DNA of 64,000 bases, from NCBI GenBank assembly GCA_965285935.1, contig OZ260661.1, positions 43,214,001 through 43,278,000 on the forward strand. The letters are read 5' to 3'. Under the pieces are notes generated by a model, which saw nothing but the letters and a program-made list of their open reading frames with translations, was not told the origin of the DNA and did not search any database. This DNA comes from Ophelia neglecta. Lineage: Eukaryota. Each line of letters starts with the position of its first letter. Within the stretch, counting starts at the first letter, position 1. This document shows, piece after piece, positions 40,321 to 53,096 of this stretch. The position numbers were made by a program, and so were the translations under genes.

Positions 40321-43133
40321 TAATGCTCATGTCTGTACTTTGCTTTGAAATAAGAAAATCAAATCAAAGGAATGGATAAAGCTTTTGACAGCCAAGCCAT
40401 TATACATATGCCTTCACTAGCAGTTATGCAAGCGGGCATCTCAGGCTTAAAAATAATGCAAAATTTGACTGACAGCAGGCTGACCATCCATTTTTAATGA
40501 ATCCTCCTTTGACTTAATCAATACCAACCACTCCTCCATTACCCTACAAAATGCCAGCAACTACTATTATTTTCAAGAAATCCCCTAGCCACCCTCTTGT
40601 TTACAAATGTTGCACTTCTTAATCCCTCTCCCCAGGGACCTGCTGTTGGTGCTTACCGGCCAGTTTTCCCTCTGGGCAAAAGAAAGGTACACAGTTTGTA
40701 TTTGGACAGGTTTCTGCGCTCCGGAAATCATTGGCGTTAATAAATATTGAGGTATGAAATGTCCAACTACGCATATGCAGAATTACCTCATGCATATGAA
40801 TGTAAAGCCCCAAGCAAATTGTAGAGCATGATTTTGAATTTGGCTTGGCTCTGAAAACAAGGACAAATAATTGTGAGAGCATATTTGATTTCTGTTGAGC
40901 ATCGTTGCATATTAAGCTGGACATCACAGTTTTGAATTATGTCAATATCACACTTTTATGTGGAGGGGTGCAGACTTTGATTGTTAGTCTAAGAATGTAG
41001 GATTTGGGATGTTAAACTCCTACCAGTTGTTCCGATATTCCCTTATGTTGAATTACTACAAGTTGAAGAGCTCAGCAATTGAGATTATGCCATATATCAT
41101 TCTCCAGACTTTGTTAATCAGCAGGGGTTACATTATTATTACAGTGTTTGTATTGCATCCTACAGGAAGGCCAAACTAGCAGTCCAGCCCTGCATGTACC
41201 ACATTAAGTAGTTTATTAGCCATGTTCTGTTTGTATTCCTAACCACATTTAGCCAGGAACATGAATACTTGTAGTTTTGGCTAAATTTGGCACTGTTTGA
41301 AGGTGGGGCCTCTAAAAGTTACTGGCACAGGTGCCAGAATATTCTTGGTTTCCTCTTCTCCTCACATGTGTACAAAACAATAGGGCCCAAAACAACACAT
41401 TTCACTTATTTTGTTGTGCTAGGCGTCAGAAGGTAGCCACTGGTTCTAGTCTTGCTAGGGTACTGAATATGATAATCACTAGAGGATCTGTGATGAATTT
41501 AACAAAGCTCTCAAGCAACACTTTAGAGATCCTTCAATATGTCATTAAAAGTCATTTTCTCATCTGAAGGGTTGAGTCGGTTTGGTCTTAACAAACTGAT
41601 GTTGTCACATCAAAGAGTGATAGATTTCACTTTTGTCTGCTTGACCTAAAAATCTAGAGCAGTTTATTTATGTGTGGAGTATGTGAAATCCTAATACATA
41701 ATAAACAGATTGCTGCATCAGAGGGATTTCTGCTTTCTCATGCACATTTTACTTATATGACATAGAGTATAAAAGGTAAAGATTTGCCTAATTGACATCA
41801 TTATCTAGCACACAATTTTCTGACTGATCAAGGCTTTTGTTCTTAGCAGGCAATCATCTTTATTGATTCACCGTGAAATTTAAATTCTCAGAACAAAGGC
41901 GTCTGTTATGCTGCGTTGATGCAGTCCCCTTAACAAGGCTCATGTGATCCTGGGGGGAAAAGGATGACTGGGTTAAGCCTTATCATTGTAATAATAAGAC
42001 ATGCCGCTTTCCCTGTGATTTCGGGTTAATACCATAAGGGAGACAGTCTATTTTCTTCATTGGCATTCAAGAAGGCTCATACTTTCATGGAGTGCAGCTT
42101 CTAATGTTTTAATTCACTTCATTTTCCATTTCATTAGGCCTTACATCTGAGCAAATTTGGCCCCTAAGCTTATGGTTTGTCATTCACAATTCCTTGATTA
42201 CTACCCTACTGCGCCTTGCCTCTCCCCACTTTACCTTTTTAGTAGCTAGATCTAAGGTGGCCTGGCCTTGTGAAGGCTGAATACAGCAGTGAAAGTGATC
42301 ATCAAGGCTTCTTATTGGATAGCTGCTCAAGTGTTGTCTTTCATGGAGTCTTTTCCTGTCGATTTTATGAACTGAATCGATGAATGTAACCAAGTTGAGA
42401 AGATGTCCTACCAATTTGTCGTCTACTAAAAGATTTTCATGTATACAAGGACACTTCCAATGCTATATTTGGCATCTGGCATTGCTTGCAAGGAAGCATC
42501 TGATAGGCCCTATGACAGGCTTCTTTCATCTTCTAGGCCCTTATATGATATCTTGATGGCTCAGAAGCAGATATAATCCATGCTCTTGTTGATTGAACAT
42601 AAAGAAAATTAATGACTCCAGCAGTTAAACTAACTGTACAGCGAAGCCATTTAAATTCTCTTCTACTAAATTCCTCTTGGGTATTATCACTCATTTATTG
42701 AGAACAAGTTGTGGCACACAATTTGTCTAGATATCATTCAGTAAGAAGGTTTGGATGTTATGTTGGGCAAGCCGAGTGTGTGCCCAGATTACATATGTAT
42801 TGGTTTGTAGTCACGTTTTGGTCTAATGTTTAGGTGTACAATGGTACCTGCTTGCATGTATGATAATATGCAGGATTCTAGCACTTCCGCAGCCTGCTGT
42901 CCCTCTGGGGTGAAAACAACCACTGTTAAATACTCAAGTTGTTATATTTCTATATTACTGGTATTTAGTCCTGTATTTCTCAGTTTGTTCCTAAAATAAA
43001 TTTACACATTCCCTGTATAAAGAGTCATGGTGTATAGAATATCAGACTGAGCTGGAAATATTTTTATTAAGCACAATTGTACTAGATCAGCCCATCTCTA
43101 AATTATTCATAGTATAAATGCATGTAAAAAAAA

Positions 43134-43200
43134 ACATGTACATACACGTAAATATACATGTACATGTACACAACATTTACATGTACATGTACCTGTACAT
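43134..43200. repeat. (TGTACA)n / TACATGTA cluster
   Basis: Several tandem ACATGT hexamers. Similar clusters occur at 15829-15851 and 38391-38445. Confidence 0.8.
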
Positions 43201-44638
43201 CAAGTGAAAACTCAAGGGCCTCAACAATAAGTTAATACTGTTCTTATCATAAGTAACCTGGTAACAAAGGAGGGGAATAGCCTGTGTTAAAGGGAAAACA
43301 GGTGGTGGGCACTTATTATGAGCATACCGTAAATGATCTTATAGAAGAGGCACATCTAATAAAGGATGCCCCCTTAGTTTAAGAATAAGGTTGGGCCATA
43401 GCTAATTTTTGGATTTAATGCTTAACTATGAAAGTCTTATGAGAGAACTATACTATTCCAATACAAAGATCGGCACAAAAGTACATTATTTTCTCAGTTA
43501 ACCTGAATAATGAAAAAAGTGTGTCTTCTATTTGATCAACTATGGTATTCACTTATTACAGACAATGTGGTATTATTTTAGTCTGCTTTATCTAGATGTA
43601 GGTGGCGTGACACCCACTCTGACCTGGAAGCCACCATATACTGTTGATCAAAAGGTTTTTATTGTGCAGGCATAAAAACAAATTGTTAGGGGATCTAGTC
43701 ACTTAGCTTGATAACCACTCATATCTATTCTCAGGTTTATGCATTGAAAGACTCCAGTGTTACCTGGGGCAAACCTAGCTAATTCTATTGTAAAATATAG
43801 ACATATAAAACCAAAACATAATATTTGCTTCCTTTAGCCAAACCTGAGCCTACCCTGTCTAGTGTTACCTTTCCAAACATTGGCTATGGAATCCTGTATT
43901 ATTTGACCAAGGGGTGTTGGTGTGTGGACATGTCATAAAGATGATGGACTCTGATTTAAACTCTTCTTGCCTCTTCCCAGTGGACCTCTGACAGTTGGCA
44001 GAATGAAGATATTACATCAATTGAAGGTTTCAATAAATAGCCAATGCTTTGATGTTGCCAAGCTGCGGTGTGCATGTCAGTGGCTGCGTGCTATTTTGTG
44101 TGGTGAGGCATGCACATTGATATTCTTGGGCTTCTCTTGTAATTTGCCATTGACCCATCTCTATTATGATACTTCTCATTATCATTCTAACTCCATTATG
44201 GATGGGAAGTTGACTGAATAGGGTTGAAAAGAAAACATTATTGGGTCCAAGGTTGGGAAGGGTTATTAAATTGGCAACGAGTTCGGCAGGGCATGGAAGG
44301 ATGAGATTCTATAGAAGCCTCTTTTTTTTGCTTTTTTTCCACTTTGCTATGCACTCAGGATGCATCCTGTATTTTTTCTTTATGTTTTTGTTATTAATCA
44401 CCCTAAATGATGGCCTCTGTGTCAGATAATAGAGCAAAAATAAAACAAATTAATGAGTATCCATAGGTGCTGTATGAAAAACAACCTTTATTTACCCAAC
44501 TTTTCTCCACTTATTTTTTGATCACTGTGTCAAGCAGACATTACAAACATGTGTCCCATAAGTATATTCCTCCAATCATTTAAGTACATCAATTAAAAGA
44601 AATGTGCTTATTTTCATGTTGGCTTTTATTTGTTACAG

Positions 44639-44698
44639 AAAACTCTAATGAGGAGATGTCATTATGGTATCAGCAAGGCCAGGATAGTGAAAATCAGG
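44639..44698 (+). CDS. Candidate 60-nt internal exon of an unidentified host gene
   Basis: Acceptor GGCTTTTATTTGTTACAG| and donor AGG|GTGAGT. Length is a multiple of 3 and it is open in two frames (xNSNEEMSLWYQQGQDSENQ or KTLMRRCHYGISKARIVKIR). No recognisable homology. Confidence 0.25.
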
Positions 44699-45361
44699 GT
44701 GAGTGCCAAAACACATATTATTGTACATTAGGCTCTATTGTCTCAGCATCCATACATAACTGATTTGGCAAGTAGACCTTAAGGGCATGCACACTTTTGA
44801 TTCTGAGATATAACTCATATCCCACATGGAACCTGATACTGTGTTAGCTACTTCAGAGTTATCACACAAAAACAGTCCTGTCATGGGAGAGATACATGTA
44901 TCAGAAAGGTCAACCTATAAACCCTTTCAGTATTTATGTAGCTGCCAACCCATTATAATCACTAACAACTTTAAAGGCCATATATTAAATTGGCAAAAGA
45001 AAGATCCTCCTGTTCATAACCCCTCTTGTTGAAAATTCTCCTGCCTGCCCTCTGAGCATGTCGAGATCCTTAACTTTTATATTGACACTTGTAGCTTAAA
45101 ATGTGTGTAAACCTCTACTCTGCTTTCCATATGACCCCTTAGGCCTAATTTTCTGGGTTGAGTGGTTGAGACAAATTCATTTTTTTCTAAGAATTTTCTT
45201 GTTTCTGCATACAATATAACCATCAAATCATCAGTCTAGATGGTGGACTCTAACTTGGTGAATTAGCCACCAGTGTACAAATCATACAGATGTCTGTGTC
45301 AGTGTTACTGGGCAAAATCAGTTTAGCCGCTGATTTGCTTGGGCTGATTGGCTTTCCTCCA

Positions 45362-45410
45362 TCTGTCTGTCAGTTTGTCTGTCAGTTTGTCTGTGTGCAC
45401 CTGTCTGTTT
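45362..45410 (+). repeat. (TGTC)-type microsatellite including a 12-bp duplication TGTCTGTCAGTT
   Basis: TCTGTCTGTCAGTTTGTCTGTCAGTTTGTCTGTG. Confidence 0.75.
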
Positions 45411-47278
45411 ATCATCCACCTACTTGTGTCCAGTCAGGGTAAAAATGCCTCAAAACAACATCACATGAAAAAACCCAAAGAAAATGTTGACAATGTTGAT
45501 GTGAAACCAAATGTTGGTTCTTGTCTACTTCTGGTTGTATGCAGACAGAAAGAGACATCTTTGACAGTTTGTTGATGCTACAGATTCTTAAAATACAGTA
45601 CAATCGAATGCCATGATAAATTGGTTTTTGGTGTTGAAAGTCCAATTTTCTTTATGTTCTGCAGAATAAAGCAGGAACAAATGAGTTGTAAACAAATAGT
45701 TGATGAAACAGCGGCCAGGTAAGTTATTAATGGCCACTTGCTGGGTAAGTGTCCTGCAAGTCAGACAATTTACACCGAAAAAAGAAATACAGTCCTATGC
45801 CATAATCATAAATAATTCGGGAATACCCCAAAGACAGTTTCTCAGCCTATCTGGGAGATACCCCAGGGAGCTACCCCAGGGACATACCCAAAGAAAAGTT
45901 TTGGATGAGCTCCCAGTTCTCTGTGTTATCTCCTAGTTGGTGCAGGCAATGATAATGCTAATGACAGGCACACAGATCACTTGGCAGTGTGCTATGTAAT
46001 TTTCACCTGTAGGGAAAATTACAAAGGACACATGACATGATGGTAGCCTGGGGTGTGTGGGGGGTTGTTGACAGAGGGAGCAGAGACAGAGGCAGCACCT
46101 CCCAGCTAGCCCTGTAACCTCTGGCTCCTTCCATCTACCTGATGCTACCTGTCCATCTGTCCCTTTGTCAACTAAACACAACCATTAACACTTTCAATGT
46201 GGTGGAGAGCATTCCTTGAAAAAATGGTTCTAAAAATTCTTCCCATTTAAATAGAGTTTAATGTGGCATTTCTGACAGTAGTCATGGTATTTAAGACAGC
46301 ATGCTGCCATCATTTTCTGCCTTTAATAGCACGCTTAAGTGGGTAGCAATGCCCGTGTTTCGGGACAACCCTGCCGTCTGCTGCTTCAGTGTATCAGGCT
46401 TTTTCATTCACCCCAAGTTCGCTGGAAGGATTGCCTAATGTTCACACCCAGGCATGTTTGGATGTAAATTGCAATTTAGTTAATTTGAGTTGAATCCTTC
46501 TAGGGAATCTGGTTGTGAGTAATAGCTTTAGCTGTGCAGTGCCCTCCAAAATAGCAAAGACTGATAGGGTGCCCACCAGCATGCTGATCATACCTGCTGG
46601 CATGCTGCCAGCTGGCCAAAGCACATATTACCACCTTTTCTTTCCAAATATGTATATAATAACCTTAATTTCTAATTTAGCTGACCACTTTTTGTGGTAA
46701 ATGCCTCTAGAGGCTGGAGTGTGTGACTGTTGGACGGTCAGATTGCCTTAGAAGTGTCATATCCTTCATTTACAGTGGCAGTTTTCCCATAGTAAAGGCC
46801 AGGTTGGTAGCAGTAAAACAAGCTGACTCTTTCATTAGCCAAACATGTTTTCTGAATCTCCAGGCCAGACAAGGCTTTAACAGCCATTCACTTGCCACTA
46901 CATTGCGCTAGGGAGGACAGAAGAATGTTCCCCAGAGTGATGAAATTAGACAGTGTCAAATCTGCTTCTCATATGCCCTGTGGGCAATGAAACTAAACAA
47001 TGGGTTGAGTCACTTATTAGATCTGAGAACAGGTCTGAGACCTGGCTATGCGATGGTTGTTAGGGTATCTCCATTTACCTCCATTTCAAGCTGCAAAACA
47101 GAGACTTGATTTTTGGTGTTTGCTATTTGTTTGAGTTTTGACATTGTTAAGATCAATGACACATGTGAGAATTGTGTGACATGGTGAACTGGATCATGTT
47201 TGGCCATTTAACCTTTGCTTCACCTATTATTCAGAAATTGTGAATCAACGGCATACAACTTGAATGTGTATGATTTAC

Positions 47279-47692
47279 AACTTTAGTCCTAATTTGATAT
47301 TAATTATTAATTATCTGCTCACCAGCGCTGGTGGTAATTCATTGTCATGAGTGACAAAAGTGACATCTCACCTTGAAGGGTACTCTATGATTTATAAATG
47401 TACCACGAAATGTACCCATTGGGTCCAAAGCTGCAGGGTATGTCTGGGTAGTTTGGATACTCTGCTATATTTTCTAGTTTTAATTGGGGCAAACTTTAGT
47501 CCTAATTTGATATTAATTATTCATTATCTGCTCACCAGAGCTGGTGGTAATTCATTGTCATGAGTGACAAAAGTGACATCTCACCTTGAAGGGTACTCTA
47601 TGATTTATAAATGTACCCATTGGGTCTAAATCTGCAGGGTATGTCTGGGTAGTGTGGATACTCTGCTATATTTTCTAGTTTCAATTGGGGCA
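47279..47692 (+). repeat. Tandem direct duplication, two copies (213 bp and about 201 bp)
   Basis: AACTTTAGTCCTAATTTGATATTAATTAT... starts at both 47279 and 47492. The copies differ by a handful of substitutions and a 12-bp indel (AAATGTACCACG present only in copy 1). Confidence 0.97.
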
Positions 47693-47740
47693 AATGTCAA
47701 GACAGGCATGAAATACTAAGTTTGTGTCTTCTGAAAGTGA

Positions 47741-47842
47741 TATTTTATTGTTATTATATTATTATTATTACTTTTATTTTTATTATTTATATTATTAAAA
47801 CATTTATTTTTATATTCATTATTATTATATATAATATATAAC
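47741..47842. repeat. AT-rich low-complexity (TTA/TA)n tract
   Basis: About 100 nt almost entirely A/T, with ATT periodicity. Confidence 0.85.
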
Positions 47843-50412
47843 ATTCACAAGTAATATTACAGACATTTTTGCTCTTAGAATATTTTCTGGCTTTAATCAG
47901 GGTTGTCAATACCAAACACAAATTAGAACTTGTGAGTTCTGCATCAAGCCTCTTTTCTCAATATACAAGTTGATGAAATGTGGTACTAAACTGTGATGAC
48001 TGGATGGTGTCCATTACACCACATCATTATGGGATGAAATGTATACTCTTTCTCTCGGCCTCAATACAACCTTTAATAGCAGAAAATGGCTGCTATTTGC
48101 ATATTTGAAACATTCAAAGTGTGTATAAAAGGATCCTTAAAGGAAGTCACCTTGGTTTTCTGTTTGTTTGGGTGATACACTTGGAAGCCACAACATTTCT
48201 ACGATACAACCAATGGGGGCTTGTGTAAAAGTGTATTACATAGTACCAGTAGTATATTTCATGATAATAAATGTATGCAAGGTAATTAATTCTCCAGTAT
48301 ATCATGGAATATTGTGGTTGTGTATCTCTTCCTATTAGTATGTTGAAAAACATCCCATCTGAATATTTTGTCTTGTTGACATTAATACTCATGAACTTAT
48401 AATTTTGTTCTTCCTAATCACCCAAGGTCCTACCCTGCACATTGCCTAGTGTCTGGATGTCACTTACATGTATTCCCTCTTCAGGTTTGTAGGGAAGGGT
48501 CTGTTAGCAGGGAACTAGTTTCCAACGCCATCTTATTCTACCTAGGATACTTTAAGTAGCATTGTTTCTTAGCAATCTGACAATTTCGGAGAATGGAGTG
48601 GCCGATGATTGTTAATTTGATCCCAGTAACTGAGCTCTTGTTGCTGCACCGCTGCACGGTCAAGATGTCACATGTGTCTTTTTTCACAGAGCCATATAAT
48701 TTCCCGATATTGTTACAGACGCATTGTATAATTAATAACTGCAAAGAAACATTTCAAATGGTTGCTAATTTCATTGGAAAAGAAGTAACCAAGTTTTAAT
48801 TAAAATATGACACAATGAAATAGCATAAGATACATGTTTTAATGAAGTAATAACTATACAGCCTTTTATAAGCAGCGAAAGTAGGATGATCTGACCTTGA
48901 ATATTGTCTATTCAAAGATCAATGGTGTAATGAGTAACAGTGAGATGTTGGCCTATCTGGCCTCTCACAGTACACCTGCAGGTGTGTGGGTCTGTTAGGC
49001 ACAGGACATTCACATTGTTGTTAATGGCAGGCCTTTGTACCATCTCATTGGAGCTTGTTATCACAACCAGAGATCTGTAATGGCCACGTGCCTGTCAAAG
49101 ATGCAAAAATGAAGCTTCCTGCAACAGTGCCTGATTGTGACTAGGCATTTTGGCTCTCCTTCCACTGTATGTACCTGCTGTATGTACTGGGCAACAGGCT
49201 GACTGGAGAGACACATCAGTATGGATAAAGTGCCATTAGCCATGTCTTTCATGATGTTAACACCTTTGTTCAACGAATGTTTAATCACCCTGGTGCATAC
49301 CCACCACATGCTGTTCTTGCAGGCACATTGTCTCCCTGTGAATATCCTGTGAGTTGAGCCATTATAGTTCATAATGTGGCTGGGCAATGCCCCTATCCCA
49401 TATAAAAGAATTGTCTAGTAAAACCATGGTGCCAGCCATCTCAAGTGCACATTTGCCATGCCAACCACACAAAAATTGCTATTTCCTGGAGACAATTAGA
49501 CGCATGGACAGCCCTCATGTCAACATTTGCTGCCTTCATTAAAATCATGAAGCGCTTGTCAGAGTTTTTCAGGACTTAGTTAAGGAGCAATTCATTCCTT
49601 TTTATGTAGAAACAGTTGCTCTTAATCAGTGTAGCTTTCTACCATGATGATGAATACACTCGTATATTTTTTGCCTTGTATTTTTAACTCCTTTTCTGCT
49701 GAATATAATTCCAGCAACAGTGAATTACGCAAACATGCAGAAACCCCAAAAGTGGGGCAGCTTCACAGTTTGGCAAATTTACCATTTTTCACACTTAAAT
49801 TCATTTAATATTGGTGGACTTTTCCTGCTTCTAAACATACAGGCAAAATTAGTGCTGGATCACTTATTTAGGTTTGTTGATTTTGTAAATGCTTACCTGC
49901 ACGTCAATCACAGCATCAAATTGTTTATGAAAATGTCTTGGGTTATATACAGTACCATAATTATATCATATGGAGCCAATATTGTCAATTTTGTCATTTG
50001 CTGTAATGTAATAATAGTTTTGCTTAATTAGGAGGGGTTTAATTTAGGCACTGATCAAAAATATTTGATGGATATACATGTACCTGTACATCTATGAAGC
50101 TTGAGGGCCCTATGTCATGACATATACTGGTTGTTCTGTCTGGCCAGAATTTGAATGAAAATAATCTTCCTACATCTGATAGAAAATTGCGTGACTAATT
50201 GAGTTTAGCCCTGGTATGGAAATCCTGTTATTGTCGTTTCTGTCATGAAACATAATGAAAAACTGTTAAAATTATACACAAACGCCAACATACCTTTACA
50301 AGGCCAAGCTTGTGATTGCATGGCAAATTAAATAATGGTGTGTCATTATATCAAGTATAATTATGAAAGCAGAAACGCTAGCATGCTATGTTTTGCCTAC
50401 CGTGCCGTGGCC

Positions 50413-50420
50413 TGACGTCA
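50413..50420. promoter_or_regulatory. Full palindromic CRE (TGACGTCA) in a CpG-retaining patch
   Basis: CTGACGTCAG 10-bp palindrome with neighbouring CpGs (CCGTGCCGTGG, AACGCT). Function is not shown by the sequence. Confidence 0.35.
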
Positions 50421-52545
50421 GCTAGCTCCCCAAACCAGGGAACCAGTCAAATTTACATACTGGTTTTAGTGCAGTTTGACAGCAAGCGTCTGCTGAAGTA
50501 CTGTGGTGTCCAATCCACTATACTACTATTTTGCTATGCTTTCAGCCTGGTCCCTCACTAGGTGTGTAGTGAGTTGGAGTGGGCTCCTAGGAGTTTGACT
50601 GCCTGTCACATCAGAATATTTCCACGTTCTGATTCTGATCTGCCTACCAAAGGCATTTATATTTGTTATCTATCTAATCTATAATGCTGTAGATAGGATT
50701 ATTTTTTTGTCAGCTGTATATCATCCTAAAGGCGGGCAATCATCCCAGAGGCTTTTGGCACCCCTTTCTTTTATATTAATCTTTCGAGAGCATCCAATAC
50801 TTAGCACACTTGTCCAGCAATGGTGATTAATGGCTCCAAGTTGGGTATGTGATGGGTATCAGCTTTGTCTGAACCCCCTTTTAGTTATGCTTAGGTGGAC
50901 TTTACTTGTTAAAATGTGTCAATCTGCATGAAAGCTTTTGGATTGGGCCAAATGCAAATATTATGGAAGTTGGATGTCCCGGTGCATGGTATTATGGGTT
51001 TGGTAGACGGATTTTTCCAAAAGATAGAGATTGGATTCTCCATTGTGAGTTGACCACGCTGAACTAATGCATGAATAGCATCAAAAATTGAATGGACATG
51101 GGCAGGGGTTAGAACGTCCCGCTGTGATATCTCCAATATCATATTGGTTGTCTGTAATAATGGAACATTTCTGGTGGTATAAATTGTGCTTGGTCGGTGG
51201 ACATGATTGAGTTGAGGAGCCTGTCTGCTCCTAGGGTCCCAGTGATTTGTATGGCCAGTGTGGCTTTCTTTCATTTGAGCCATGGACACTGGTCTCTGTG
51301 ACTCCAGAACTCTAATTGGAGAGAGGTCTGAAGGCTATTCTTAGCCACTCTTTTATGTATTTCTTAGAACCGTGAATATGAGGAACAGATACCTAACAAG
51401 ATCTGTAAATTGAGTGTTCATCAGTTTATGCTATCAGTGCTTCAATCCAATTTCCAAGTCCATAAATTCCAAGCTGGGAAAATAAAACCTGATGGGGACC
51501 ACTTCTATAGTATTCTTACTCTGGCTACAAAAAATGAGCAATGCACACCAGTAACAGGTACATATTTAGTATATCGAATTTGGGTTATGACTGATTCTTG
51601 ATTTGAAAAATTACCATGTGTTGATTTAAATTAGAAAGCCTAGATAGTGCCTGAGCTGAAACCATTGAAAGCTGGCTGTCAGTTTTATTTGTCACAATGG
51701 GTAACTTTGATATAGGAACATTTTAGCCTAGGAAATCAGGCATTAATCTAATCTTTCAGGGCTTGTCACACATGGCTTGCACCTGAATGCTCTGATTGAT
51801 CCATGCCTATATCAGGAATAAAACTGGCACAATTCAGGTGAATCTTTATTCAAAGCCGTCTGGCCTGATGTATCACTTAGACGGGTCGGGTCGATTCAAA
51901 AGGTACCAGTTCTATTAGTCAAATAATAACGCCATACACTTCATGCAAGATGTTGCCTGTCTGGTATATTATTTTAAAAATTAATTCATTGATTGTGTTT
52001 AAATATCAAATGCTTAAACCATCCTGCCTGGTTTTATGCCCCCTTTTATTTACAATTAGATATATTCAATATGAATGATATATTACAGTGTCATCTGTCA
52101 CTTCTATCAATATATTTGCTTGATTTACTGAACAATGAAAATTGGCTTTCAATTCTCAAAATACTTGTGGCTTGCTGGTTTTGGAGCGAATATTCTACTA
52201 GTAAGGTTTGTATTGTATTGGCTCACTAGCATTTCAGCAAGTAAACATCATAATCTTTACTCTGTGCCCAGCATGCAATTGACAGGATTAGGCCAGTTTC
52301 ATGCTAACTCTAAGCTGGGCCTTCTAAGGTTTCCCCAGATTATTGGCCAGGGATCTTATGTATGATACATAGCCTTTCAGTACACCATGTCCAGTGTTGG
52401 GATATGTTCTTGACTTTGATAAGCAAGTGTTGGGTTTCTTGTCCAATCATACTGTCAAGTTCACATACATGCCATTTGCTGACCAAAGACATAGCAGGTA
52501 AAAAAAGAAATTATCAACCTTAGGGCCTCACCATTAGATAAATGT

Positions 52546-52557
52546 GGGGGGGGGGGG
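52546..52557 (+). repeat. Poly-G tract
   Basis: G12. Confidence 0.85.
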
Positions 52558-53074
52558 AAGTGGGCTAGTCTATTGTGGCCACTATGGCCATTTTCCAGGT
52601 TGATGGGAAGGGTGAGAATTGAAGAGGGTGAGAAATGACCAGGAAGGAATGGCCACTGGAGAGTAGCCTGTTAAATTATGCATTTCGTCATCTTATTCAT
52701 TTAGTATTATCATCAGCTGGACCAACCCAATAGTGATTGGCTAATGCACCCGACTCCTCATAAAAACATAGCCTGGTACACTTGTTCTGGTCTCTTTATA
52801 TGGCTTATAATGCTTTAATCCTGCCTTCTTTAGACTAAAAGCCTTTATGGCTTAGGTCATAAAAACACTTGCTGGGAGTGTTATGTCTCCAGGCAGTTTA
52901 AATGCTGTATTCTCCTTTTATAGATGCCTTGTCCCTTCCCGTGTCCAGAGGGAGGTAAAGGTTGGTCCAGCTGGATGATGTACATTGCCAGTGGTGAGAT
53001 AATAGCACAAACAGTCTATATTAGTGGACTGTTGGCACACTGGTGTACTACATCCCCCCTCAGGACCAGCCACC

Positions 53075-53096
53075 TGACCACTGACCACTGACCACT
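53075..53096 (+). repeat. 7-bp tandem repeat (CTGACCA)x3
   Basis: CTGACCACTGACCACTGACCAC. Confidence 0.8.
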
